Below are positions 1-9,025 of a stretch of DNA of 56,412 nucleotides, one piece after another. Made by a program: the position numbers and the translations under genes. The DNA comes from a virus (taxonomy: Duplodnaviria > Heunggongvirae > Uroviricota > Caudoviricetes): IMG/VR virus record IMGVR_UViG_2718218136_000004. The stretch is one strand, 5' to 3'. Numbering within the stretch: position 1 is the first letter of the stretch; every line of letters begins with the position of its first letter. Below the pieces are notes generated by a model. It was not told where the DNA came from. It saw only the letters and a list, made by a program, of their open reading frames with translations, and did not search any database.

Positions 1-1026
1 TTACTTGGAATATTTTCTTGGAATATTTTCAGGTAACGGGACATCAAGTGTTGGTGAAACTTTAACCTTCCTGTCATAGATTAGCACTTGCCCTTCGGTT
101 TTGTGACCAGAGAAAAGTTGCTTATCCCGGCTGCTTCCTTCATAGTCTGAAATTCCTTTCGCCTTCAGATCATGAAAGGTGAAGTCGGTTAAAATACCTG
201 AAATTTTTCCAGCACGATTTCTTGCATCTACCCACATTTCGTTAAAGCCTTTGTACATATATCGGTTGCCGTATTGATTGCTGATCACATAGGCAGATTT
301 TGGTAACTGTTTTGCTTTTTCGATCGCTGCCTGTAATCGTGGACTCCATGCTTTTATCTGTTTTTTTCCGGTTTTCCCTTGCTGGATGAATATCCCGTCG
401 TTTCCAATCTGTTCCCATTTCAGCGATAACACATCGGAAACCCTCGCTGCACACAGATAGGCAATTTCCATTGCGATAAAAACAGGAAGAGGTGCAACGC
501 TTAATACTGCCTGGTATTCTTTGTCGGTTACATATCGTTCGCGGTTTTTGGCCTTGAATTTACTTACACCTGCACATGGGTTAGCCTTCACGTACCCTCG
601 CTCATACCCCCAACTGTAAACACGGGACATACTGCTTTTTTCATGGTTGGCTTGCGTTTTACTCTGCTCCCCTCTTTTGTCCATGTATCGACGGATGTGT
701 TCTGGTTTTATGGAATCCGCTGGTACCTTACCGAATACGGCAAGCAACTTTTTTTGATGTTGCAGATAATCTTTTTGTGTTCTTGGACTAAGGTCACTGT
801 AATAGGCGCTGGCGAGGAATTTTTCCCACAAGCGACCGAATGTCATTGCACGATCGCGATTATTTACAGTTTCCTCATACTTTTTCCATAAAGCAGCTAA
901 ACCATCCTTGATGGCGGTTAGTGTGACAGATTCTCTGGATGTTGGTTTCCATACATAACTATATTTATTTGGGTATACATTTGGAGGTAATTTTTCGTGT
1001 TCAGGATTTTTCCTTCGTCTTCCCAT
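1..1026 (-). CDS. int: Prophage tyrosine integrase (lambda-family site-specific recombinase)
   Basis: 341-aa ORF, complete (stop TAA at 1-3); terminal position in a lambdoid prophage, adjacent excisionase-like gene; C-terminal region with conserved His/Arg/Tyr-type catalytic context. Confidence 0.85.
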   Translation of the reverse strand: MGRRRKNPEHEKLPPNVYPNKYSYVWKPTSRESVTLTAIKDGLAALWKKYEETVNNRDRAMTFGRLWEKFLASAYYSDLSPRTQKDYLQHQKKLLAVFGKVPADSIKPEHIRRYMDKRGEQSKTQANHEKSSMSRVYSWGYERGYVKANPCAGVSKFKAKNRERYVTDKEYQAVLSVAPLPVFIAMEIAYLCAARVSDVLSLKWEQIGNDGIFIQQGKTGKKQIKAWSPRLQAAIEKAKQLPKSAYVISNQYGNRYMYKGFNEMWVDARNRAGKISGILTDFTFHDLKAKGISDYEGSSRDKQLFSGHKTEGQVLIYDRKVKVSPTLDVPLPENIPRKYSK

Positions 1027-1229
1027 CAGATCGCACCAAAATTCGGCTCTACCTCGCGTGGTGGTAAAGTTTTATTGCAGGTAAATAGATCCCGGCTGAC
1101 AATCGGTTTGCCACTACGATTGGTATAGAACGGAAGCCCGTTTTCCATTAACCATTTTCGCTGGTGGCTTGCATATTTGCAGCCCGTTAATATTAGCAAT
1201 TCATCTTCGGTTAAAAATAAGCTGCTCAT
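1026..1229 (-). CDS. Excisionase-like small protein (DUF4224-like) next to int
   Basis: 67-aa ORF directly upstream of int with 1-nt overlap; sequence MSSLFLTEDELLILTG... resembles DUF4224 proteins typically paired with phage integrases. Confidence 0.5.
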   Translation of the reverse strand: MSSLFLTEDELLILTGCKYASHQRKWLMENGLPFYTNRSGKPIVSRDLFTCNKTLPPREVEPNFGAI

Positions 1230-1287
1230 AGCTATATCTCATAACCGCCGCTAACTATATACGGTTAGCGGCAATTAGGGTTGAACA

Positions 1288-3759
1288 TTAAAAATCAGCC
1301 TGACTCGGGATCAGTTTTTGCCAGATAGCTGAAACGTATTTTGCCTGGTAACGAGCGTCATCAAGTGCATTATGGCGCTCACCTTCGAATGGAATAGCCG
1401 TTCTGGCATCGAAGTCTATGGCTTTCCCCAGCTCAACGATTGTGCGTACATCGCGATCGTTGTAGTAACGCCACGGGCAGGGGATCCCCTGCCGTTCGTA
1501 TGAACGGCGCAAAATCGTGTTGTCGAAGTTGGCTCCATTTCCCCAGACCTGAACAAAAAATTCACCGGAGTTTTCGTCGATAAATTCCCGCAATTGTAAC
1601 AGTGCATCATCTAACGGGATTTCATCGGTCATAATGGCAGATTGCGCTTCGCGTGATTGCTTAAGCCACCATTTAATGGTGTCCCGATCAATGACTCCGC
1701 CAGCAGTTTCCAGATCGATAGTCTTACTAAATTCCGGTCCCATATCTCCGGTTTGCGGATCGAAAAATATTGCACCTATTGAGATGATCGGGGCATCAGG
1801 ATTTTTTCCCATGGTTTCAAGGTCGATCATTAGATGGTCACACGTTCTGCTGGTGGATGTGATTTCTTGATGACCGTTCACCTTAATTGAGTGAGCTGCC
1901 GTCTCGCCAGTTTCATTATCGCTATCGTGATGCCGATTGCCGCCAGTGTTCTCCTTGTGTGGATGTTCAGCGCCCTCCATTTCCTCCGGATCATCTTCCT
2001 GAACTTCAACCTGATACTCTTCATCGAATGTTTCCTGGTATGTTGCGTCGCCCATCACCGCGCCACAATCAGGGCAGTTGCCGCCGCCGGTCTGACCGCA
2101 GGCGGTGCAGACTTTTTCCACTTCCTGTTGCGCCACTGGTTCAGGCTGTTTCGTTTCTGGCTCGTTTTGTAACGCATTTGGGCTGTTTTGTTCCGCTTTT
2201 TGGTAGTTCCGTTCCGATTCATGCTGGTTCTGGTTTACAGAATCGCGGGTCTGGATCCCCTTAACCCATTTCGGATCATTCGGGTCGCTAATCCCTGCAA
2301 CAAATTCTCCGCGAGAGGCAGCAAGCAACTTATCGGCGTCAGGCTGGCTGATATTGGCTGCCTGCATAATTTTGTTTACTTCGTCAGCGGTAACTTTTAC
2401 CGGCCCTGGTTGTGCGGTCGTGTCAGATGCACCAGTATTTTGTTGTGAACCTGAGTATGTACCGTTTTTGCGGGCGAAATATTCTTCTTTCGTGATTTCA
2501 GTAGCCCCGGCAGCCAGTGCCTTATCCAGACCAGAAAGTTTGTTTGCGCGACCGTATTTTTCGCCATCCTTGTCGGTGAAGAGGAAGTAGAACGGCCCCT
2601 CACGCTCTACAGATGGTTCGACTTCCACTTTGCATTCGGTTTTTTCGTTGTCCGGAATTGCCGTTTCCACTGCATCAGTTTCTGGTACTGGCGACGAGAG
2701 AGTATCAGTTGCGCTCTGATTTCTTCCTTCATCTTCAAACACGCCCTTTGTAGTCAGGTATTCAGTAATGTATTTGTTCAGTGCCACAGGGTCTTTGTGA
2801 ATGTCGATCGGACGTTCACGGACAAGGCCAAAAATAGTCCGGCGGTCGTAGCGAAGGGCATCAGGCTGTTTGCGCATTGATGCCGAGATACGCTTCCAGT
2901 CTTCGCGGTCGTTGTCGATAACTTCATTTTTTGCCCAGCGATGGATGCTGCCGTCAATGTTTCCGGCATCCACATCACCAGGCCAGAGAGCGTAGGCCAG
3001 TTCGTCATCCAGTGTTTTCCATGTCTGCTTGTATTCGCGATGAATGGCAGCAATGACCAGGCTGATTTTTCCTGTTGAATTTTCAGTGTGCTGTTGATTG
3101 GCTCTGGCGCGGGCGAGATCAACAACAGACGTGTATTTTCCGGCTTCCTTGCGTTCACCTTCGCGACGTTTTTTCCAGATGCGCATCTCTGCCTGAATTT
3201 CGGGCCATTTGGCACCAGGCTTACATTTATGCTTAACCCACCCGATGGCATGCAGCTTAAGCTCCGGATACATAGCGTTAACTTCTGGCATTTTCATCAA
3301 CGCTTCAACGATATGTCCGTCGAATGTTGCCATGTCTTCCTGCAACAATTCCTGCGCGCTAATCACCATATCAACGGTGATGTTTTCACATGTGTCGAAC
3401 TTAACCATGACAGCGTTCTGTACTTCAGGGGCCAGCTTGTCAAAAGTGACGTTCATCGGATCTGATTCAGTCTCAACCGGGACAAAGGAAGCAGACTCCT
3501 CATCCCAGCGGTTTTCCTGCATATATTCAGCATCCCAGGAATCGAGGGCAGGGCGGGGTATACCGGGTTTATCCTCGCAAACAAGAAATTTATAAGCGCA
3601 GTCCTGAGCAGCCGGATAATGTTCCAGGAATTGCCAGTGAAATTTTGCGCGGGCGCGACGTTCATCACCGGCTTCAATGGCAGTGGCTACAGCGACTGCA
3701 CCTTCTTCCTTTATTGCCTGTTCGTCCGGAATGGCGGCGCAAATAAAGACTTTACTCAT
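1288..3759 (-). CDS. Large prophage exonuclease, C-terminal DEDDh (DnaQ-like) 3'-5' exonuclease domain
   Basis: 823-aa ORF; C-terminal motifs IDLETMG (Exo I-like D-x-E) and HNALDDA (Exo III-like H-x4-D); position matches the exonuclease gene between int/xis and the dicB operon in Qin/Rac-type prophages. Confidence 0.7.
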   Translation of the reverse strand: MSKVFICAAIPDEQAIKEEGAVAVATAIEAGDERRARAKFHWQFLEHYPAAQDCAYKFLVCEDKPGIPRPALDSWDAEYMQENRWDEESASFVPVETESDPMNVTFDKLAPEVQNAVMVKFDTCENITVDMVISAQELLQEDMATFDGHIVEALMKMPEVNAMYPELKLHAIGWVKHKCKPGAKWPEIQAEMRIWKKRREGERKEAGKYTSVVDLARARANQQHTENSTGKISLVIAAIHREYKQTWKTLDDELAYALWPGDVDAGNIDGSIHRWAKNEVIDNDREDWKRISASMRKQPDALRYDRRTIFGLVRERPIDIHKDPVALNKYITEYLTTKGVFEDEGRNQSATDTLSSPVPETDAVETAIPDNEKTECKVEVEPSVEREGPFYFLFTDKDGEKYGRANKLSGLDKALAAGATEITKEEYFARKNGTYSGSQQNTGASDTTAQPGPVKVTADEVNKIMQAANISQPDADKLLAASRGEFVAGISDPNDPKWVKGIQTRDSVNQNQHESERNYQKAEQNSPNALQNEPETKQPEPVAQQEVEKVCTACGQTGGGNCPDCGAVMGDATYQETFDEEYQVEVQEDDPEEMEGAEHPHKENTGGNRHHDSDNETGETAAHSIKVNGHQEITSTSRTCDHLMIDLETMGKNPDAPIISIGAIFFDPQTGDMGPEFSKTIDLETAGGVIDRDTIKWWLKQSREAQSAIMTDEIPLDDALLQLREFIDENSGEFFVQVWGNGANFDNTILRRSYERQGIPCPWRYYNDRDVRTIVELGKAIDFDARTAIPFEGERHNALDDARYQAKYVSAIWQKLIPSQADF

Positions 3760-3851
3760 TTTGTTTTACCTCATTACAGATTTAAGGGTGAACAAATCCC
3801 TGCCATTTCTGGCATATAAGAATGAAATCGGATGTTTATTACGGAACTGTT

Positions 3852-4043
3852 TTAAAGACCTGCCGGGATTTCGTTATTATCCTGGTGAATAACTTTATCG
3901 ACCGGGTAACAGTTACCGGGAATTTTCTGTTCGGTTGCTGCAGTCACACACTCCTGCATTGTCCTGTGAACACTGACTGCAATATCAACTGGCTCTCCGG
4001 AAACAAGAAAAAATGTCAGAACAAGTGCAAATGCTGTATTCAT
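3852..4043 (-). CDS. ydfD: YdfD-like small protein with N-terminal hydrophobic segment (Qin-type lysis/toxic peptide)
   Basis: 63-aa ORF MNTAFALVLTFFLVSGEPVDIAVSVHRTMQEC...; start overlaps dicB stop (ATGA); matches recalled K-12 YdfD. Confidence 0.6.
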   Translation of the reverse strand: MNTAFALVLTFFLVSGEPVDIAVSVHRTMQECVTAATEQKIPGNCYPVDKVIHQDNNEIPAGL

Positions 4044-4228
4044 TGCCAGCATCCTTTTTGTATCGGACGTAAACGGGCCAGCATTGAAAGAATGCATATT
4101 TTATTTAATAACTCCCGTTCGTGTTTTCTCTTGTTAATGGCATCTTCAGTAAATACAGGGTTACTGATAGTGACACCAATTTCAAAACAACCTTCAGACG
4201 TATTAACGTTTGGTAATAACGTTTCCAT
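4040..4228 (-). CDS. dicB: Cell division inhibitor DicB
   Basis: 62-aa ORF METLLPNVNTSEGCFEIGVTISNPVFTEDAINKRK... with GAGGA RBS 7 nt upstream; near-identical to recalled K-12 DicB; lies downstream of dicF as in Qin. Confidence 0.75.
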   Translation of the reverse strand: METLLPNVNTSEGCFEIGVTISNPVFTEDAINKRKHERELLNKICILSMLARLRPIQKGCWQ

Positions 4229-4402
4229 TATCGCGTCCTCAACAATGAATTTTGTGATGCAGTGCCTGGTGCCTCCAGGTGACGTTAACCAGTTAACAAT
4301 TAACGCCGGATACAGAGAATCCACCCATAACACTGTTTTTGGTTTTAACTGTTCCGCGTGCGCTTAGCCGCATTCACCGCATCACAAAATTCACTTTAAA
4401 AA

Positions 4403-4455
4403 GGGCGGCAGAGCAGTCACGGAGTAAAACTGATACCGCCAAACGTCACCAGAAA
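4403..4455 (-). ncRNA. dicF: DicF small regulatory RNA (ftsZ-targeting sRNA of Qin-type prophages)
   Basis: Minus-strand sequence TTTCTGGTGACGTTTGGCGGTATCAGTTTTACTCCGTGACTGCTCTGCCGCCC followed by a T-run matches the recalled 53-nt DicF; located between ydfC-like and dicB as in the K-12 dicB operon. Confidence 0.65.
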
Positions 4456-4796
4456 ATTGATAACAGAGGGCGTTGCAGCGGGGTTGTCACTTAAGCGTAT
4501 GGTCAACCTGACAACCCGGTGTCCTCAACGGGGGAAGGAATAACCCCGCCATACTTACCGCCGCGCCATTTCGCGGATTGCCACAACCGGAAGCGCACGG
4601 TCGACGAAAATTTAACGACAGGCTATCTATGAACCAGCTACCTCGCCGTGCGCTTTCGCGTTATGGTCTGACTTTTCAGGGAAATATCCTTTCAGTAAAC
4701 TGTCAGTGCCGGATGCTCACCCGTGTCCGGCGCACGCACTCCACCTCACCCGTGGAGAACTCCTTAATTACCAACCTTAGCTTCGTTGGTTAGCTA

Positions 4797-5015
4797 TTAA
4801 CGCGGGTATGTAATCATTCTGGCAATGCTTAATGCCGCTGCTTTTTCCAGATTGGTGATATCCTGCTCCAGAGCGGACAGATTTTCAGCCTGCTTAGCCC
4901 TGGCTTCATTAGCCCATTTCAGATCCTGCGCTGCATTAATTTTCTGGCGCATCCACTCATAAAGTTCATCATCGGTATAGTCTGGCGCGATTATGACGGG
5001 TTCTCGTTTCTGCAT
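4797..5015 (-). CDS. ydfC: YdfC-like hypothetical protein (dicB operon)
   Basis: 72-aa ORF MQKREPVIIAPDYTDDELYEWMRQKINAAQDLKW...; operon position matches K-12 ydfC. Confidence 0.55.
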   Translation of the reverse strand: MQKREPVIIAPDYTDDELYEWMRQKINAAQDLKWANEARAKQAENLSALEQDITNLEKAAALSIARMITYPR

Positions 5016-5041
5016 ACTGATTCCTCGCGGTGCTACTTCGC

Positions 5042-5172
5042 TTATCAGCCGTTAGATTTTGCCGAGCTGGAAAGCGCCTGTTTAAACTCACTGAAGCTGA
5101 GAGCTTCTTCGCCTTCGGCAAGGTCTTCGAAGTATTCTTCGTAAGCCTTTTCCATGATTGTGTCGAAATCCA
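5042..5172 (-). CDS. ydfB: YdfB-like small acidic protein
   Basis: 42-aa ORF MDFDTIMEKAYEEYFEDLAEGEEALSFSEFKQALSSSAKSNG read from the minus strand; below the 60-aa cutoff of the ORF track; position between ydfA-like and ydfC-like. Confidence 0.45.
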
Positions 5173-5174
5173 TA

Positions 5175-5330
5175 TCACTCACCTGAGTTTCTTTCCAGCC
5201 AGCGACGGGCACCATTTTCGGTTTTAAACGTTTTGCTTTTGGTATACGTCATCGCGGTGAACGTGCCGTCCTGGTTGGGAAACACGCCGTACACCAGAGA
5301 TTCGTTGTTGCCAAGATCGATAGTATCCAT
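5175..5330 (-). CDS. ydfA: YdfA-like small protein (first gene of leftward dicB-type operon)
   Basis: Internal start MDTIDLGNNESLVYGVFPNQDGTF... (51 aa) with GAGG RBS; the longer 78-aa ORF extension has no RBS support. Confidence 0.5.
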   Translation of the reverse strand: MDTIDLGNNESLVYGVFPNQDGTFTAMTYTKSKTFKTENGARRWLERNSGE

Positions 5331-5514
5331 GCTGACCTCATTTCCCCTTAACGCTGGGGTAGCGGAACAAAAACCTGCTGCATAGTTATTAAAGTTGAAC
5401 CCTGCCGTCATGTTCTTACGCCTCGGGCTGGCTACTTAACCCCTGACCACTGCCTGGTAACTCGAAGTATTGCCCTGCATTCTGTGGGGCGGGGTGGGTT
5501 GGTATGAAAAGAAG

Positions 5515-5555
5515 GATACCCATAGGTATTTAAAAAGTAAATACCCATGGGTAAC
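5515..5555. promoter_or_regulatory. Operator-like palindromes (GATACCCATAGGTAT / ATACCCATGGGTA) downstream of the repressor gene, candidate OL/PL region for the leftward dicB-type operon
   Basis: Two near-palindromic sites sharing the half-site ATACCCA, which is also present in the sites between the repressor and cro-like gene. Confidence 0.4.
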
Positions 5556-5595
5556 TTTTTGCGGTGTCTTAACTGGTGACTAGTTGTTTGGTGAG

Positions 5596-6015
5596 CTATG
5601 ATGCGTTTTGTGCTTTCTTTTTACGGATTTCTTCGTAGATCATATTGTAATACTGTTTTTTCTCTTCAAGAGTTTTTAATAAGTTATCCGCTTCACTTTC
5701 TGGCAGTTCGTCTAAGAGATCTAAAAAAATACGTTGTCGTGGCGTTAGAACCCTTGTTTCATAACTGGAGGCTGTGTTCGTTGATGATGAAACGATACCA
5801 TCCATCCATCCCCGGGGTAACCCAAAGGACTCTTCGATAATCTCCACCATATCATCAGCGATCCGTTTTTTTCCCTTTTTCCCCTCTGGGTACAACATTC
5901 TTGATACATAAGAAGGCTCGCGCCCGATCTTTCTGGCCACGTTAACCGCTTTACCATCGCATTTCTCATCACGAATTTTGATGAGTTGCTGTCGTCTAAA
6001 TTCATATTTGTCCAT
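5596..6015 (-). CDS. Prophage repressor, DicA/RacR-like (N-terminal HTH, no peptidase domain)
   Basis: 139-aa ORF; HTH segment KAVNVARKIGREPSYVSRML; C-terminal LLDELPESEADNLL resembles the DicA C-terminal LPESEQD motif; divergent from a Cro-like gene. Confidence 0.7.
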   Translation of the reverse strand: MDKYEFRRQQLIKIRDEKCDGKAVNVARKIGREPSYVSRMLYPEGKKGKKRIADDMVEIIEESFGLPRGWMDGIVSSSTNTASSYETRVLTPRQRIFLDLLDELPESEADNLLKTLEEKKQYYNMIYEEIRKKKAQNAS

Positions 6016-6039
6016 AGGTAAATAATAGATGCGATTACC

Positions 6040-6090
6040 GCAAGGTAAACAACCTGTGGGTATTGACTTTTGTTTACCTGTGGGTATTCT
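6040..6090. promoter_or_regulatory. Operator/promoter region between divergent repressor and cro-like genes (direct repeats ACCTGTGGGTATT x2 plus inverted GTAAACAA/TTGTTTAC)
   Basis: Repeats at 6051-6064 and 6075-6088 in the 100-bp divergent intergenic region. Confidence 0.5.
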
Positions 6091-6115
6091 TTACTGTGTT
6101 TACTAAGGAGTAGCT

Positions 6116-6397
6116 ATGGAAGAATTAAGAATATTTCTCAATTCTCTTTCGTCAGATGAACAGCGTATGTTTGCATGCGAGTGTGGTACCAGCATCGGTT
6201 ATCTAAGAAAGGCATTGAGTAAAGGTCAAGTGTTAGGGGCATCGTTATGCGTCCTTATTGAGCGAGCCAGTAATGGTGAAGTTACACGTCAGCAACTAAG
6301 GCCTTTTGATTGGATGAATATTTGGCCCGAGCTGGAAGATACCAAAACGTTAACACAACCACTTTCTAGGAGCTTGATTCATGAAAATCAAGCATGA
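6116..6397 (+). CDS. Cro-like HTH regulator, YdaS family
   Basis: 93-aa ORF; CECGTSIGYLRKALSKGQ...ASLCVLIERASNGEVTRQQLRPFDW matches the YdaS/Cro-like family; followed by a YdaT-like gene. Confidence 0.7.
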   Translation: MEELRIFLNSLSSDEQRMFACECGTSIGYLRKALSKGQVLGASLCVLIERASNGEVTRQQLRPFDWMNIWPELEDTKTLTQPLSRSLIHENQA

Positions 6398-6806
6398 ACA
6401 CATCCGCATGGCGATGAATGCCTGGGCGCATCCGGACGGTGAAAAAGTTCCGGCAGCTGAAATAACCAGGGCTTATTTTGAACTGGGTATGACGTTCCCA
6501 GAACTGTATGACGACAGCCATCCGGAAGCCCTGGCTCGCAATACCCAGAAAATTTTCCGCTGGGTAGAGAAAGACACCCCTGATGCAGTTGAAAAAATTC
6601 AGGCGTTGTTACCAGCGATCGAAAAGGCAATGCCACCTTTGCTGGTGGCCAGAATGCGCAGCCACAGTTCAGCTTATTTTCGGGAGCTGGTGGAGACGCG
6701 GGAGCGACTGGTGAGAGACGCTGATGATTTTGTCGCAGTGGCAATCGCCGGTTTCAATCAGATGAACCGTGGTGGCCCGGCAGGAAATGCTGTGGCAGTA
6801 CATTGA
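6381..6806 (+). CDS. YdaT-like protein (CII-like regulator, formerly annotated as toxin YdaT)
   Basis: 141-aa ORF starting MKIKHEHI..., same start and length as recalled Rac YdaT; overlaps the upstream ydaS-like stop. Confidence 0.7.
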   Translation: MKIKHEHIRMAMNAWAHPDGEKVPAAEITRAYFELGMTFPELYDDSHPEALARNTQKIFRWVEKDTPDAVEKIQALLPAIEKAMPPLLVARMRSHSSAYFRELVETRERLVRDADDFVAVAIAGFNQMNRGGPAGNAVAVH

Positions 6807-6877
6807 CTGACAATAGCCATATCGAATCGCTTCCGGCAACTCGTGAGTAAAAAGATTCGGTATCAGAAGAGGTGAGT

Positions 6878-7948
6878 ATGGCTAACGCCTGGCTCAGATT
6901 ATGGCATGACATGCCAAATGACCCTAAGTGGCGAACAATTGCCAGGGTGTCAGGGCAGCCAATTGCAACAGTGATGGCAGTGTATATCCACCTCCTGGTG
7001 AGCGCGTCACGAAATGTCACGCGAGGTCACATTGATGTCACGACAGAAGATTTGGCAAGTGCGCTCGACGTGACAGAAGAGGTAATTGATTCAATTTTGC
7101 AGACGATGCAGGGGCGGGTACTTGATGGTGATTTAATCACTGGATGGGAAAAACGCCAGGTGCTTAAAGAGGACAACGGCAATATTTCGCAAACCGCAAA
7201 ATCTCCTGCAGAGCGCAAGAGGGCGCAGCGAGAGAGGGAAAGAAAGCGGGAACAAAATGGCGATTGTCACGGCGCGTCACGAAATGTCACGCACATGTCA
7301 CGACGAGTCACGACAGATAAAGATACAGATAAAGATACAGATCAAGAAGATCAAAACACTATGGTCCATGGCGTAAAAAACGCCACGAACCAGGCAGGGG
7401 ATGTTCAGACCGTCAATCTTGGTCAGCCAGCAGGCACGACACCGGAAGCCGATTCAGCGTATGCGCTGAAAGCCGATTCGGGCGCTGTGCAGCAGGTGAT
7501 GACCCCAAGGCCGGAGCAATCACACCAACTGCAGCAGCCTGAAGCCGATTCCGCCATTCAGCGGGAAGCCGATCGGGTAGTCCCGGAAAACACCGGGCTG
7601 TCTGTGGGACGAGTGGATTATCCGGATGTGTTCGAACAGGTCTGGCGGGAGTACCCGTTGCGTGCCGGAGCAAACCCGAAGAAATCCGCTTTCAGTGCCT
7701 GGAAGGCCAGATTACGCGAGGGGGTGCCACCAGAGGCCATGCTGGATGGCGTGAGGCGTTACGCAAGATACTTGGCGGCTACCGGGAAAACGGGAACGGA
7801 ATTTGTTCAGCGAGCGACGACGTTTTTTGGACCGGACCGGAATTTTGAGAACCCCTGGTTGCTCCCGGTAAGCGGCACGAACAACCAGCGTTGTGTGAAT
7901 CATATTTCTGAACCGGATAACGAAATTCCGCCGGGCTTCAGGGGGTAA
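6878..7948 (+). CDS. Replication initiation protein, lambda O-like (phage replisome organiser N-terminal domain) with internal ori iterons
   Basis: MANAWLRLWHDMPNDPKWRTIA... N-terminus typical of phage replisome organiser proteins; RBS AGAAGAGG 6 nt before ATG at 6878; GTCACG iteron clusters inside the ORF. Confidence 0.7.
   Translation: MANAWLRLWHDMPNDPKWRTIARVSGQPIATVMAVYIHLLVSASRNVTRGHIDVTTEDLASALDVTEEVIDSILQTMQGRVLDGDLITGWEKRQVLKEDNGNISQTAKSPAERKRAQRERERKREQNGDCHGASRNVTHMSRRVTTDKDTDKDTDQEDQNTMVHGVKNATNQAGDVQTVNLGQPAGTTPEADSAYALKADSGAVQQVMTPRPEQSHQLQQPEADSAIQREADRVVPENTGLSVGRVDYPDVFEQVWREYPLRAGANPKKSAFSAWKARLREGVPPEAMLDGVRRYARYLAATGKTGTEFVQRATTFFGPDRNFENPWLLPVSGTNNQRCVNHISEPDNEIPPGFRG
7008..7360. 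repeat. Candidate prophage origin of replication: two clusters of GTCACG iterons plus an adjacent AT-rich GATAAAGATACAGAT direct repeat, inside the O-like gene
   Basis: GTCACGAAATGTCACGCGAGGTCACATTGATGTCACGAC at 7008-7050 and GTCACGGCGCGTCACGAAATGTCACGCACATGTCACGACGAGTCACGAC at 7268-7318, followed by GATAAAGATACAGATAAAGATACAGAT. Confidence 0.5.
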
Positions 7949-7988
7949 GTGTTAATTTCTGGTCATGAGGTAATTTTCAGGAGGACTT

Positions 7989-8411
7989 GTGGCAAAAGTT
8001 TTTACACAAGAAGAGCGGGAAAAAATTAAAGGGCAGGTTGTTGAACTCGTACGCCGGAGTGGGCGCGAGACGTTACGGCAACTGGAAGCCAAGACAGGTG
8101 CGACAAGATATCTGATGAGCGTTCTTGCCAGAGAGCTGGTTGCCAGTGGCGATGTATACAACTCTGGTTACGGGTTATTCCCGTCTGAACAGGCGCGTAA
8201 GGACTGGCAAAATGCCCGCAAAAAACTCTCAAGGGCAAAGGTGAAGAAACCTGCAGTGGTTGATCCGGACCTTATCTGGTCGTTACCAGACGGCGAAATA
8301 CGCCGCTACGACAGGCGCCTGAATATAATCTGTCGCGAGTGCCGGAAGAGCGAAGCTATGCAGCGTGTACTGGCTTTCTATCAGGGTAATTTTCCGGAGG
8401 TAGCGCAGTGA
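7989..8411 (+). CDS. Hypothetical prophage protein
   Basis: 140-aa ORF with good coding appearance, translationally coupled to the downstream methyltransferase. Confidence 0.45.
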   Translation: MAKVFTQEEREKIKGQVVELVRRSGRETLRQLEAKTGATRYLMSVLARELVASGDVYNSGYGLFPSEQARKDWQNARKKLSRAKVKKPAVVDPDLIWSLPDGEIRRYDRRLNIICRECRKSEAMQRVLAFYQGNFPEVAQ

Positions 8412-8881
8412 GTGCACCGGCAACCATTCTTGATATGTGCTGTGGCAGTCGCATGTTCTGGTTCGATAAGAATGACGACCGGGCGATATTTAGCGATATC
8501 AGAAAGGAAGAGCACACATTGTGTGATGGACGACGCCTGATTATCAGTCCTGATCTGATAGCTGATTTTCGTGCACTACCATTTGCAGACGCATCTTTTT
8601 CGATGGTTATATTCGACCCTCCGCATCTTGAGCGTGTTGGTGATAACGCCTGGATGGGAAAGAAATATGGACGGCTGAATAAAGATACCTGGCGTGATGA
8701 TTTGCGGCAGGGATTTAAAGAAGCCTTTCGTGTGTTGCGTCCATCCGGCGTTCTGATTTTTAAATGGAATGAAACGCAAATACCTGTTCGCCAGATATTG
8801 ATACTGACCGACAGAAAACCTGTTATCGGTCAACGAACAGGAAAAAACGATAAAACCCACTGGATTATTTTTATGAAATAG
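8408..8881 (+). CDS. Orphan DNA methyltransferase (N6-adenine/N4-cytosine class, DPPH motif)
   Basis: 157-aa ORF with VIFDPPH catalytic-type motif and SAM-binding-like LDMCCGS segment; no adjacent restriction endonuclease. Confidence 0.65.
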   Translation: MSAPATILDMCCGSRMFWFDKNDDRAIFSDIRKEEHTLCDGRRLIISPDLIADFRALPFADASFSMVIFDPPHLERVGDNAWMGKKYGRLNKDTWRDDLRQGFKEAFRVLRPSGVLIFKWNETQIPVRQILILTDRKPVIGQRTGKNDKTHWIIFMK

Positions 8882-9025
8882 GCATCCAGTGAGTAGGTTC
8901 GTAAGGTTACAGATACGTATATCTGAATAATTAAATTCAGTTCTGTAAATAAAATTTAATCCTTAACCGGAGGGATTTCTGTACCCTCAAATCATCAGGA
9001 GGCCGCCCGAAAGGGCGGTAGTGAA

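Noticed and set aside
1416-3677. Multiple 60-160-aa ORFs on both strands inside the exonuclease gene
   Set aside because: Nested within or antisense to a long, well-supported coding region; no RBS support.
3822-4367. 181-aa plus-strand ORF
   Set aside because: Antisense to the dicB and ydfD-like genes, which have RBSs and recognisable sequences; Cys-rich junk composition.
4456-4796. ORF-poor ~340-bp region, and the 71-aa ORF at 4578-4793
   Set aside because: Best explained as the untranslated part of the dicB-operon transcript from which DicF is processed; the ORF has no RBS.
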